A DNA stretch of 64,000 bases from assembly GCA_035510735.1 (NCBI GenBank), contig DATKGN010000013.1, positions 596 to 64,595 of the forward strand. Direction: 5' to 3'. The stretch is from Patescibacteria group bacterium. GTDB lineage: Bacteria > Patescibacteriota > Microgenomatia > UBA10105 > UBA927. The position numbers and the translations under genes are program-made. This document shows, piece after piece, positions 8,966 through 18,685 of the stretch. Position 1 is the first letter of the stretch; each line of letters opens with the position of its first letter. The notes beneath the pieces are model-generated. The model did not search any database. It was given only the letters and a program-made list of their open reading frames with translations, and was not told the DNA's origin.

Positions 8966-9844
8966 TTAGAGAGACCACTGTTTCAATAAAAACAGGCGGA
9001 ATACGTAAAAACTATTGACCAAAAAGCTTATAATCGGCCCATACTCTCGGGCATAATGTTTTTTGAAAAACAGCCAGTTATATTCGTGAAAATATATTTC
9101 CGTTGCCACACGGCGCTGCCGCAGAATATTGGCTCTTCCACTCTGTTTCTTTTTATGAAGAATGGAAACCAGAGGATAATACCAAATCTGCCATCCCGCC
9201 TGTTTTATCCTATATGCCCAATCTATATCCTCCGCATACATAAAATAATCTTCATCAAGTACGCCGACAGCGGCAACAACCTCGCGGCGCACCATAAAAA
9301 ATGCCCCGGAAATACAATCAACTTCGTGAGGTATGCGTAGATCTTTATATCCCTGGTGATATTCTCCAAACCACTGTGTCCTCGGAAACAATTTTTCGAG
9401 CTTTGCGATGTAGGAGAATGCGACCCATGGCGTCGGAAACCCGCGGTGACACGCCGGATCCATTGACCCGTCCGGAAGGACTAACTTACATGTAGCGGCT
9501 CCGGCCTTTGGATGCCCATCCATGAATGTGATCATTGATGTGAATGTGTTGACTGCAACTTCGGTATCCGAGTTAAGAAGAAGAATATATCGCCCTTTAG
9601 ACCCTTTTATCCCGGGATTATTTCCTGCCGCAAAGCCGATATTTTTCCCGTTTTCAATGAATGTCACCTCCGGAAATTCTTTTTTCACCATGGTCTGCGA
9701 TCCGTCAGACGAGGCATTATCACAGACAATAACCTCAATCGTGTATCCGCCAAGTTTTGTATTCCGAATGCTTGAGAGACATGCCCGAGTTACATCAACA
9801 GTATTAAAATTAAGAATAATAATGGAAAGATCAACGCGTTTCAT
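8966..9844 (-). CDS. glycosyltransferase family 2 (GT-A fold)
   Basis: Motifs include LSIIILNFNTVDVTRACLSSI...VIVCDNASSDGS and a DxD-like YAEDIDW. The start was moved to the internal ATG at 9844 (MKRVDLS), which reduces the overlap with the downstream GT4 to 14 nt. The track ORF extends to 9922. Confidence 0.75.
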   Translation of the reverse strand: MKRVDLSIIILNFNTVDVTRACLSSIRNTKLGGYTIEVIVCDNASSDGSQTMVKKEFPEVTFIENGKNIGFAAGNNPGIKGSKGRYILLLNSDTEVAVNTFTSMITFMDGHPKAGAATCKLVLPDGSMDPACHRGFPTPWVAFSYIAKLEKLFPRTQWFGEYHQGYKDLRIPHEVDCISGAFFMVRREVVAAVGVLDEDYFMYAEDIDWAYRIKQAGWQIWYYPLVSILHKKKQSGRANILRQRRVATEIYFHEYNWLFFKKHYAREYGPIISFLVNSFYVFRLFLLKQWSL

Positions 9845-11015
9845 ATGATTGTTTCCACACGGTATCAAGCACCTTGGCAATTTGTTCCCAACTGTACTTT
9901 TTTTCCACCAACGCTCGTGCATTCATCGTCATTCTAACCGTTTCTTTAGGATACATAAAAATATACTCAACCGCCTTCGTAAACTCCTCTTTCGTCTCGA
10001 CCTGACAATAATGCGTCCCGGAGAGCACATCAAGTCCCGTACTCCCGGCTTTCGTTGTCACAACGGCCGTTCCGCTTGCCATCGCCTCAAGAATCTTAAA
10101 CTTGCTCCCGCCTGCTATACCCATAGGCGCCACAAGAACGTCAGACTCCCGATAAATCCTTCGGATATCATCGATATCCTCACGGATATGCATATGATCT
10201 CCGGTAAACTGGCGAAGTGAACTCGGAAAACCTTTTCCGATGATTGTCAGAGTTACACTGGGCATTCGCGCACGAATGCCGGGCCAAATATCTCTCACCA
10301 GCGTTCGAACAGCTTCAACGTTCGGCGCCCACGCAAAATTACCAACGAATACTAATTTCGCGTTCTGTTTATCCCATGTATGCTTGTGATAAGAAAATGA
10401 ATGTATATCCACCCCGTTTGCAACAACAGCCGTTTTTTTCTTCGTTATGTTTGAAATAATTGCGGCATCGTTATCCGATACTGCAATAACGGATGACGCT
10501 TTCTTCCACACCTTCTCTTCCCAACGGCGGATTTTCCCGGCATCGGAAGAAAGGATTGGGCGTGCAAAAAAGAACGGATATGATTTGGCAAATTCACTAT
10601 ACACAGCATATTCAATATTATGTTCTGAAACGACCATGGGTATTGACCCTCTCTCAGGCACTGACGGATATACATAAAATGGCTCAAGATGGATGAGGTC
10701 ATATTTCTTCTTCGACAATTCATTCTGTATACACTCCTTCATGAGCGCATTGTCATACGTGGTTAAAAGTAACGGGTATGACCCGAACATTTTCGCGAGA
10801 TACGAGGCCTGCATAGCCCTACCGCGATAGATCATGTGCACGTCTGACAAAAACCCTAACGTATTTATGTAAGCGCGCTCCTTTTCATCTCGGATAAAAG
10901 AACAAAGGGTGATATCGTGATTCTTTGCGAGAATCTTGAGAAGATTATACATTCGCACCTGGCCCCCAGAATAGAGCGGGTACGGAAGTACAGCGCTAAT
11001 AAATAATATGTTCAT
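9831..11015 (-). CDS. glycosyltransferase, GT-B fold (GT4 family)
   Basis: The N-terminus MNILFISAVLPYPLYSGGQVRMYNLLK and the C-domain ...GIAGGSKFKILEAMASGTAVV are GT4-typical. Confidence 0.8.
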   Translation of the reverse strand: MNILFISAVLPYPLYSGGQVRMYNLLKILAKNHDITLCSFIRDEKERAYINTLGFLSDVHMIYRGRAMQASYLAKMFGSYPLLLTTYDNALMKECIQNELSKKKYDLIHLEPFYVYPSVPERGSIPMVVSEHNIEYAVYSEFAKSYPFFFARPILSSDAGKIRRWEEKVWKKASSVIAVSDNDAAIISNITKKKTAVVANGVDIHSFSYHKHTWDKQNAKLVFVGNFAWAPNVEAVRTLVRDIWPGIRARMPSVTLTIIGKGFPSSLRQFTGDHMHIREDIDDIRRIYRESDVLVAPMGIAGGSKFKILEAMASGTAVVTTKAGSTGLDVLSGTHYCQVETKEEFTKAVEYIFMYPKETVRMTMNARALVEKKYSWEQIAKVLDTVWKQSYETR

Positions 11016-12448
11016 TTCTTTCTCGTGAGATCAATAATTGCATATTTATCGTTCCTGACGAGCACGGTGTACATGTTTGCAAGATCACGCGTCTCCAAAT
11101 CATTATTCGTCGGCGAAACCGTTACATAATATCCCGCCCCCATTGCAATTTTCTTTGCAATATCAAATCCTTCGGGCCATCCCTGCCTATTGATCTGATA
11201 AAGAAATGTCGTATCACCGTTATACGGTGCAATCACTTTGGCATTTTTGGGAATAAGAGCATCGGCAGCTTTTCCCGCTTCAACAATCTCCGGTCTGTTG
11301 ATCCAAAAATAGGTTCTTATCGTATACCATGAAAAGGCCCAAAGGAACAAAAAACAAACAATCGCGAGTGCGTATGAGCCGAATTTATTAAACCCCTCAA
11401 CTCCCCTCATAAATGTGTAAAATCCCTTTGCTGTAAACCAAACGATAACCGGAATAATAAGCGCCTGATAATAATCATGCTGAACGTTTCCCCCGGCAAA
11501 AATAATCAGATATGCTAATGCACCCGCGAGCCACAACAGAGAAAACCACGCTTCTCCTTTTTTCATTTTGGTGACGAGTCCTATGCCAAAGGGTATAAGA
11601 CCCCAATACCCTAAAATAAGATCGGCAAGCCGCTGGGAAAACAACCAGTAGAACCAGGCGCCCTTAAAGCGCACCCCATTATTATTGTATAGCCAGTCTG
11701 ACACCGGAATCCCTTCCGGGAACTGCAATATCCAATGCCGCCACCAAAGAAGCGGAACGGCGATGATAACGCAGTATATAAGACCATATGCAACGCCCTT
11801 AAGAAACGTCGTATTGCGGAATACGAGATAAGCCGCCGGAAATAAAATGAAAATCTCCATGGGCCGCACGAGAAGGGATATGGCCCCGAAAATACCGGCA
11901 ACGATAACCCAGGCCCATGACCAGTTTGAGTTTCCCCTTTTCCAAAGCACCGTCAGACTCACAAGTGCGCAAAATGTCGCAAGAGGGTCAGGTAAAATCG
12001 CGCGACCATAATAGATGCTAAAGGGCAGCACCGCGTAAATGAACGCGCCCAAGATACCCGCAAACGGATTTACGATTTCACTCAGGAGAAATCCGAAAAG
12101 CAACACACTAGCGCCCGTTGCAACAATGCTGAGCCCCCGAAGGACCTCCTCGATGGTCACGTGCGGAATTAATTTAAACGACTCAACGCCGATAAGTTGA
12201 TAGAGAGGAAATTCCACCATCCTCCACCCCATCGGATTATCCTTACCGGACTGAATGTTAGAAAGATCGTCGTATCGCGGATGAAGCGGATCTATACCGA
12301 ATTTAAGAAAATTTCTTGCAACCGCTGCAGTATCGGATTGCCGCCAACTGTGCCAGTCGGCGATTGGCCAGTTAATATGGTAAAAACGTACACCAATACT
12401 GAGTAAACTTATAATAACAAGACCGACGATAAATAATTTTCTCTTCAT
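11012..12448 (-). CDS. GT-C fold membrane glycosyltransferase, ArnT/PMT-like (GT39/GT83-like)
   Basis: The protein is 478 aa with about 11 predicted TM helices. The first loop contains PIADWHSWRQSDTAAVARNF, which is the position of the acidic motif in polyprenyl-phosphate-sugar dependent GT-C enzymes. Confidence 0.6.
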   Translation of the reverse strand: MKRKLFIVGLVIISLLSIGVRFYHINWPIADWHSWRQSDTAAVARNFLKFGIDPLHPRYDDLSNIQSGKDNPMGWRMVEFPLYQLIGVESFKLIPHVTIEEVLRGLSIVATGASVLLFGFLLSEIVNPFAGILGAFIYAVLPFSIYYGRAILPDPLATFCALVSLTVLWKRGNSNWSWAWVIVAGIFGAISLLVRPMEIFILFPAAYLVFRNTTFLKGVAYGLIYCVIIAVPLLWWRHWILQFPEGIPVSDWLYNNNGVRFKGAWFYWLFSQRLADLILGYWGLIPFGIGLVTKMKKGEAWFSLLWLAGALAYLIIFAGGNVQHDYYQALIIPVIVWFTAKGFYTFMRGVEGFNKFGSYALAIVCFLFLWAFSWYTIRTYFWINRPEIVEAGKAADALIPKNAKVIAPYNGDTTFLYQINRQGWPEGFDIAKKIAMGAGYYVTVSPTNNDLETRDLANMYTVLVRNDKYAIIDLTRKK

Positions 12449-15400
12449 TTCTTTTTCGTTGTATCCGTAGGGATAACCACCTCAGCACGAATTCCTCTTT
12501 TTAGCTGGTAATTTTCAAAGATAAACACCTCCCGGTCCCCCTTGTGGATGGGATACTCAAAAGCTTCTTCCAGGGTCCGCGCCGGAATTATCCGATATGG
12601 ACTTTCTCTGTACATATGCCAGATCGCATCATTAAGCCCCGTCGGAAATATCCAGGCGCTCCCATAGCGGATGGGCGTATTGATGAAGAAAAATGTTTTG
12701 TAATCTTTGGGTGGAAACGTTTCTTCTTTGATAACCGCAAGCGCCTGCTGGGCTGTGTTACTTGCTTTTATCCAATCATCACCCACCCTGAGCACTTCAC
12801 GCACATTCCAAGAAGTAAGGAGTACAAACAACAGAAGAAGAATGACGGACACCCATAAGCGTTTTGTGTTGTGAAGTATTTGAGAGCACGCAAGAACAAC
12901 AGCAATAATCAAAAATATTGATGGAATATACGTGTACCGATCCGCCATGCCCCCGAGTGGCGCATACGCCGCGAGCGATATAAAAAATGCGGCAATCCAA
13001 ACCAGCGACCCCCGAAACATGCGTAACTTTTCCCGTAATGTAACGACAAAGAATACTACGATGGCTCCGATAACAGCAACGGCAACTGATATTTCTTTAA
13101 CGTATTGACGAAGCATTGATCGCACCGTCATCCAGTAGTCAACTACTTTCGGTCCGCCGAATGATGCGATTGCGTACCCGACCGAATTAACAACAGAATT
13201 AATAAACACCGTGCTCGTTTTGTAGCCGTAGTCCCCCTGTGGCGCAAGCGCCCCAGCCGAGTGACGCATAAATAGATACAATGGGATGAGGAGCAGGCCT
13301 CCCCATAACCATTTATTTTTTTGCTCACGGGATAGTCCAATTATAAGAACTATAACGGGAGCGACAACTAATCCGTCATATGAGAGCATAGCAAAAAATG
13401 TCGTGATCACCATTACGGCTCCGATAATAAATTTTGGCACACGATGGAAATAACCGAATGACTCTTCAAAAAAATAGACGGCCATTGTCAAAAACATTGC
13501 AGACAGCATGCTACTTTGTCCTGATATCCAATAGACGTTTTCGTGATGACTGGCAAGCACAGCGAACAGAAGTGCACCGCACCACGCGACAAATCCGTGA
13601 ACTTTCCTAAGAAGCAAAATCCGATACACAAAAAATGTTGTACAGAGAAGAAGAAAAATTGACATCAAATGATATGCAAATGGTTCAAGCCAAAAAATAG
13701 AAAATACTGAAAAATACCAAAGTTTCGGAATCGGGCGGTAGAAAAATCCCTGAGACTGGGTAAAGTATGTCATGATAGATTTGACATTGCTCTGTGCTGC
13801 CCACCGAAGCCAGGTAAAATCATCGCCCAGAAAATACAACCCAAACGTCTTGTGCCAAACGAAGACGACAGCAAGGAAGAGATAAAAAACGTAGGCTGCG
13901 GGGTGGGTAAAAATACGTTTTAAAAGCCCTATATAGTCGAGCGTAATGGTAGTCCCCCGAGCAAGGAGCGCTATTGCTATTCCTAAAAGCAACCACAAAA
14001 TATATGCAACCTTTGACGCTTCAAAAACGTCAATAAGTACAGCATTGAGAATCAGACCAGCGATTCCGGCAAATAACCCGATTACCAATGAACGTTCAAC
14101 AGGTGATAAGGTATTTTTATACTTAAAAAACAAATAAAATGCTGCCGCAAATATACCTAAAAATGAGATTGCACCAAGGAGACCAGTCTCCCCGAGCATT
14201 CTATGGTAATCGCCGTCAGCGGCTACAGAAAGTGTCGAATACCCACTTCCGAGTAGAATATTCCGCTTAAACGCCTCAATTGCTAATGGCCATTCCCCCT
14301 GAATACGCGTCGTTATTGAAATATCATACACAAGTGCCTTCTGGATAAGAAAACTTCCGGAGATCGTTGCGACGCTGCCGGGAGCTCCTTTCACGTCAAC
14401 GCTTTTATAATACGCAACGGTTTTCACTGCGCTGTTGTTTTGTTGTTGCGATGGAAGGTTTATAAACTCACTCCCCCGAGGGAGTGTGTTCGTCGACGGT
14501 GATTCGATCGGCTGTAATGTAGCTTCCTGACCCTGTAACTTATCAAGTGTTCCGATAGGTTTACCTGTCGACAGATCAACGACAACATTACTAACACTGA
14601 ACGTTTTATAAAACCGCTCCGAAGCACCGCTCGTAAAATTAAGTGTCAGAATGCTCAGAACGATCATTGGGATGATATAAATAGGCTTTTTTTGCCAAAT
14701 AAGCATAATGCTCATCACAATGAGATACACGCCGAACGAAACACGCGAAGCCGTAAAGAGAAGCATGATTAACCCTAAAAATGTGAGAATGAAAAAAAAT
14801 ATTTTTTGCCACCACCGCGTAAACGCGAATATCAAACTTGCCATGATGGGGATGGTCAGCACCATGTACGCGGCAAGGTCATAATGTCCTGCGAATGTTG
14901 ATGGAAACCGCGCATTTGAAGGAAGCCGCAATGGTAGCCCTTTCGCGAATTGCTCGTTCATCGTCATAAACGCGGGAAATCCCAAAAATTTCTGTCCAAA
15001 CCCATACAAAACGACCGCCAAATACGTTCCTCCCAAAACATAAAGAACTGGGAGCACAGACTGCTTTTTCCGAAATGCCTCAAACGCAAGGAAGAAAACC
15101 ACCATATACTCTATACGCCGTACGTAATGAAGCACAGCAAGGTGAGGGAAAAATATACCCGCAAAATGCGGAAAAATAAAAACGAGTGCATTGACAAGAG
15201 ATATAAACCCTATGCCCCAGTACGCAAAAATAGGCGTCTGTAAAGGCGAACTGCTTAATCGTTTCTGACGCCAAAATTCTATTGCGAGTACAATTGCGGA
15301 TGCAAGGATGACAAAATCATCAAACCGGATATACACCCATGTCTGCGTCACATCAATAAGCGGCAATTTTGGGTACAGCGGAATAAACGCCAGTAAAAAT

Positions 15401-15453
15401 AGCGTCAGAGTTGCAAGAAAATTATCTTTACACCATCCGAATAGCTTCTGCAT
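12445..15453 (-). CDS. large polytopic membrane protein: N-terminal O-antigen ligase/polymerase-like (Wzy_C/WaaL) domain fused to a C-terminal GT-C-like membrane domain
   Basis: The 1002-aa product has more than 20 TM segments. The Wzy_C/WaaL-type motif H-x-x-L-x-E-x-G-x-x-G is present as DYHRMLGETGLLGAISFLG in the middle. The C-terminal half restarts with new TM helices and an LGDDFTW acidic loop motif. Confidence 0.55.
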   Translation of the reverse strand: MQKLFGWCKDNFLATLTLFLLAFIPLYPKLPLIDVTQTWVYIRFDDFVILASAIVLAIEFWRQKRLSSSPLQTPIFAYWGIGFISLVNALVFIFPHFAGIFFPHLAVLHYVRRIEYMVVFFLAFEAFRKKQSVLPVLYVLGGTYLAVVLYGFGQKFLGFPAFMTMNEQFAKGLPLRLPSNARFPSTFAGHYDLAAYMVLTIPIMASLIFAFTRWWQKIFFFILTFLGLIMLLFTASRVSFGVYLIVMSIMLIWQKKPIYIIPMIVLSILTLNFTSGASERFYKTFSVSNVVVDLSTGKPIGTLDKLQGQEATLQPIESPSTNTLPRGSEFINLPSQQQNNSAVKTVAYYKSVDVKGAPGSVATISGSFLIQKALVYDISITTRIQGEWPLAIEAFKRNILLGSGYSTLSVAADGDYHRMLGETGLLGAISFLGIFAAAFYLFFKYKNTLSPVERSLVIGLFAGIAGLILNAVLIDVFEASKVAYILWLLLGIAIALLARGTTITLDYIGLLKRIFTHPAAYVFYLFLAVVFVWHKTFGLYFLGDDFTWLRWAAQSNVKSIMTYFTQSQGFFYRPIPKLWYFSVFSIFWLEPFAYHLMSIFLLLCTTFFVYRILLLRKVHGFVAWCGALLFAVLASHHENVYWISGQSSMLSAMFLTMAVYFFEESFGYFHRVPKFIIGAVMVITTFFAMLSYDGLVVAPVIVLIIGLSREQKNKWLWGGLLLIPLYLFMRHSAGALAPQGDYGYKTSTVFINSVVNSVGYAIASFGGPKVVDYWMTVRSMLRQYVKEISVAVAVIGAIVVFFVVTLREKLRMFRGSLVWIAAFFISLAAYAPLGGMADRYTYIPSIFLIIAVVLACSQILHNTKRLWVSVILLLLFVLLTSWNVREVLRVGDDWIKASNTAQQALAVIKEETFPPKDYKTFFFINTPIRYGSAWIFPTGLNDAIWHMYRESPYRIIPARTLEEAFEYPIHKGDREVFIFENYQLKRGIRAEVVIPTDTTKKK

Positions 15454-16294
15454 ATGTTGTTTTTAAATAATCACTCCCGATAACATATCCTATTGCTATC
15501 GAAATGAGCGCCTTTAACCGCAGCAATAAGCGTAACACGTCAAGCGCCGCTCGAGAATAGTGTTTTTTATACAAATAAAGAAATCCCCGGTAAATATTAA
15601 GAACCGGTCCGGTCCGTTTATTCGTTGAGCTTGCAGCACCTAAATGAATAATTTTGGATACTGGATAAAAATATGTTGTATATCCGTGGCGTCTGGCTCT
15701 CATCAATAGATCAATCTCCTCCATATACATAAATATTCCTTCATCGAATAAGAGATCGTCGAAAAACGACGTTTTTGCCGCCACGATGCAGGCTCCTGAT
15801 ATCCAATCAACCTGCCGGGTTTCATCAGGCGACCAGCGCGTCAGGCCGTTTCTATCGCCTCTCATAAAAAGTGCAGCAAAAACAACGGGCAGTGAAAAAA
15901 ACGGGCCGCATGATGTCTGTGGGGTACGGTCGGGGTTCAATAATTTAGGACCGACGAATGATTTCGGATGGGTGAGAGCAAAAGAATATATATTGTCAAT
16001 AGCATCTGGCAGTACAACCGTGTCCGAATTAAGAAGCATAATATACGTACCTTTAGCCCGTTTCATCCCCTGATTATTTGCGCGTCCGAATCCGACGTTC
16101 TCGGCGTTAAAAATCGTAACAACATGCGGATATTTCTTTACCAGCATCTCCCGTGTGCCGTCTGTGGATATGTTATCCACAACAATAATTTCCATCTTTA
16201 ACCGGCTTGTATACATTGTCCGATAAATAGATGAAAGGCAGTCATCGACTAATTGCTTTGTATTAAAACTAACGATAATGATAGAGAGATCCAT
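15428..16294 (-). CDS. glycosyltransferase family 2 (GT-A fold)
   Basis: Motifs include MDLSIIIVSFNTKQLVDDCLSSI, VVDNISTDGT, a DxD-like MEEIDLL and YIMLLNSDT. Confidence 0.8.
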   Translation of the reverse strand: MDLSIIIVSFNTKQLVDDCLSSIYRTMYTSRLKMEIIVVDNISTDGTREMLVKKYPHVVTIFNAENVGFGRANNQGMKRAKGTYIMLLNSDTVVLPDAIDNIYSFALTHPKSFVGPKLLNPDRTPQTSCGPFFSLPVVFAALFMRGDRNGLTRWSPDETRQVDWISGACIVAAKTSFFDDLLFDEGIFMYMEEIDLLMRARRHGYTTYFYPVSKIIHLGAASSTNKRTGPVLNIYRGFLYLYKKHYSRAALDVLRLLLRLKALISIAIGYVIGSDYLKTTYAEAIRMV

Positions 16295-16303
16295 AATGAT
16301 GAA

Positions 16304-16903
16304 TTATTGAAACAAGCGGGAGAACTTAAGCGTATACCGAAGATCTTTTGATCGGTCTTTTATAAATTTTGCCGGAACTCCCCCGACAACTGTAAAAGGC
16401 GCAACATCATGGGTGACAACGGCTCCTGATGCGACAACCGCGCCGCGGCCAATAGTGACACCGGGTAAAATAGTCACACGGGTTCCGATAACCACGTAAT
16501 CTTCTATAACAACCGGTCCTGCGATTTCGGAAAAATTGGAATCATCGACATCATGTTCCATAGTAAAAATTCTTACTTCACCGGCAATCGAAACATTATT
16601 GCCGATTTTGAGTGGCCGATTTTTTGGGTTAACAAAGTCCTTTATATAAGACGCAAATTTATACTCATGGTCCCGCCATATGCGCTTGAACCGACCGTCC
16701 AGAAATGCATCATTTCCGATTATCGTGTTATGACCGATCTCAATGCCCGAAGGCAGATTAAATCTGGCACGCCAATGGACCGATGAATCTTTTCCGATTT
16801 TTACACGGAAAAGGTGTCGGTATAAAAATAGCCTCACGGTATGGCTGGGAATATACCCAGTCAATGTTGCCAAATAAACCCAAAAATCAATCATCCATCT
16901 CAT
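16304..16903 (-). CDS. sugar O-acetyltransferase, left-handed beta-helix (hexapeptide-repeat) family
   Basis: The C-terminal hexapeptide repeats read IGNNVSIAGEVRI...VVIEDYVVIGTRVTILPGVTIGRGAVVASGAVVTHDVAPFTVVGGVPAKFI. The start was set to the internal ATG at 16903 (MRWMIDFW), which forms an ATGA overlap with the upstream GT4 stop. The track ORF extends to 16963. Confidence 0.7.
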   Translation of the reverse strand: MRWMIDFWVYLATLTGYIPSHTVRLFLYRHLFRVKIGKDSSVHWRARFNLPSGIEIGHNTIIGNDAFLDGRFKRIWRDHEYKFASYIKDFVNPKNRPLKIGNNVSIAGEVRIFTMEHDVDDSNFSEIAGPVVIEDYVVIGTRVTILPGVTIGRGAVVASGAVVTHDVAPFTVVGGVPAKFIKDRSKDLRYTLKFSRLFQ

Positions 16904-18054
16904 ATATCCTTCGCGCCGGCTTTGGTTAATATATCGAGTGTTTGCTTCGCCGCTTTCTCCCATGTAAACTGTTTAACACGTACTAGACCGCGTTGAATTC
17001 GAGTCTTCCCTTGTATCAAATTTCGCTGACGAACAGCTGAAAGAAGGCCGTTTGCGATGCTGTCAACATCGGTAGGCACAACGTAAATACCAGCAGAATC
17101 TGCGATCTCAGGCAGGCTTGAAACGTTACTGATCACGACGGGACATTTATACGCCATAGCCTCAAGAACCGGCAACCCGAATCCCTCATAAAGACTTGGC
17201 AGTGCAAAACAGAGAGCCTGACGATAAAATGAAGGCAAATCGCTATCCGGCACGAAATCCAAAAATTTCACCTTATCTACCACTCCGAACTTCGAAGGCG
17301 CGCTCAATATTTGCTCATACAGCCACCCTTTTTTACCGATTATCACCAACTGTACTTCTCCGAATTTCTGTTTATTTTTTTGGAGAAATTTTGAAAAAGC
17401 CTCAATGAGGCGCACATAATTCTTCCGGGGTTGAAGCGTTCCGACGGATAATATGAAGTGCTTTGCAATCTTATACTGCTCAAGGCTGTTTTCCTGCTTT
17501 ATCGGAGTGCCTGTTGTGGTCTTTTGCATAGAAAATCCTGGGAACGTAACAAATACCTTTTCTTTGCCAATACCGTAACGTTTTATTATATCATTTTTAC
17601 TGAATTGGCTTATGGTACAGACGGCACTGGCATGCGCCAACCCATATTTGGTCCAATTTGTTAATTGATAGAGGTCCCGTTTCCGGAAAAGTTCAGGAAA
17701 ATACAGATAGGAAAGATCCATAACCGCCATCACCCTCGGTATTCTGGTGAATCTGGGGATATAGTGAGTAGGTGAAAAAACCACTTGAGCCTCCGGCTTA
17801 TCTTTTTTTAATGCGAGAGGAAGCCCCACGAACGTCCACAATTTTTGGGGTCCGCGGACGTAATAATGCCACCAGGTAGTCTCCTTCGGCATATCCGTCC
17901 TCGGTCTTGTTGGTACATAGACACGGACTTCTACACGGTGCGCATTATCGTGTGATAAAAGAACGTATAAACTCACGAGTATTTCATATGCATACCGGCC
18001 TATTCCAACGCGTGAGCCGACGTTTGCCTCATACCCGTCGATAGCGATAATCAT
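16900..18054 (-). CDS. glycosyltransferase, GT-B fold (GT4 family)
   Basis: The N-terminus is MIIAIDGYEANVGSRVGIGRYAYEIL and the C-terminal motif is EGFGLPVLEAMAYKCPVVISNV. Confidence 0.8.
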   Translation of the reverse strand: MIIAIDGYEANVGSRVGIGRYAYEILVSLYVLLSHDNAHRVEVRVYVPTRPRTDMPKETTWWHYYVRGPQKLWTFVGLPLALKKDKPEAQVVFSPTHYIPRFTRIPRVMAVMDLSYLYFPELFRKRDLYQLTNWTKYGLAHASAVCTISQFSKNDIIKRYGIGKEKVFVTFPGFSMQKTTTGTPIKQENSLEQYKIAKHFILSVGTLQPRKNYVRLIEAFSKFLQKNKQKFGEVQLVIIGKKGWLYEQILSAPSKFGVVDKVKFLDFVPDSDLPSFYRQALCFALPSLYEGFGLPVLEAMAYKCPVVISNVSSLPEIADSAGIYVVPTDVDSIANGLLSAVRQRNLIQGKTRIQRGLVRVKQFTWEKAAKQTLDILTKAGAKDI

Positions 18055-18647
18055 AATAAATTCCCGCTAAATCCGGGATAGACGACATGTAAACGGTCTT
18101 TTGCTATACCGAGAAGCCCCATTACATCTTTTTTCGTCGATTCACTGTCACAAAATATCGTCTGACACTCTTTTTTAACCCATGCGAGTCTTCTTTTCTG
18201 TGTCGCGACAATATTTGGGGAAATCAATAATCGCTTCGTGGTAAATTCTGTCTGCTCATGTGTTTCAATAGGATACTTAAAAGCGATAAGATCGTGAATC
18301 GTCGTAATCCCCCGTGCGCCAGCAAGAGGCGGCTGAGTCCAGTCGCTGCTCCAGAAAATATCGACAGGTCCTATAAATGATTCAATCGGGATAATATGCA
18401 GCCTATTCCATAAGAGATCAAGAAACGTCGGCGGCATGAAAAAAAGTTTTAACGTCACACGACGCGGATCCGCGTGGAGAGACTGATGATATGAACGAAG
18501 TACACGACGCCTACGCAGCGACGAGCCAAAAAGAACGTATTCGTTTTCTGTATCCTTCGAAATAATCTCCCGGACAATCGATCGGACGTATGTCGCGACC
18601 CCCGTTCCTTCATACACAATTTGGCTTATATCTATGCCGATACGCAT
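18051..18647 (-). CDS. GT4-type N-terminal (acceptor-binding) domain only; stand-alone half glycosyltransferase or truncated remnant
   Basis: The 198-aa product begins MRIGIDISQIVYEGTGVATYVRSIVREI, a GT4 N-domain. It ends at ...RLHVVYPGFSGNLL, where the C-terminal catalytic domain would normally begin. No E-x7-E domain is present. It overlaps the next full-length GT4 by 4 nt. Confidence 0.45.
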   Translation of the reverse strand: MRIGIDISQIVYEGTGVATYVRSIVREIISKDTENEYVLFGSSLRRRRVLRSYHQSLHADPRRVTLKLFFMPPTFLDLLWNRLHIIPIESFIGPVDIFWSSDWTQPPLAGARGITTIHDLIAFKYPIETHEQTEFTTKRLLISPNIVATQKRRLAWVKKECQTIFCDSESTKKDVMGLLGIAKDRLHVVYPGFSGNLL

Positions 18648-18685
18648 ACCTGTAGTATAGCGTATTTGGAGGCTCGGAAGAAATA

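Noticed and set aside
8966-16963. 5' extensions of the GT2 (to 9922), the acetyltransferase (to 16963), the GT2 (to 46330) and the GT4 (to 53603) as given in the ORF track
   Set aside because: In each case an internal ATG immediately precedes the conserved N-terminal motif. It produces a canonical ATGA or short-gap junction with the upstream gene, so the longer forms are probably overcalls.
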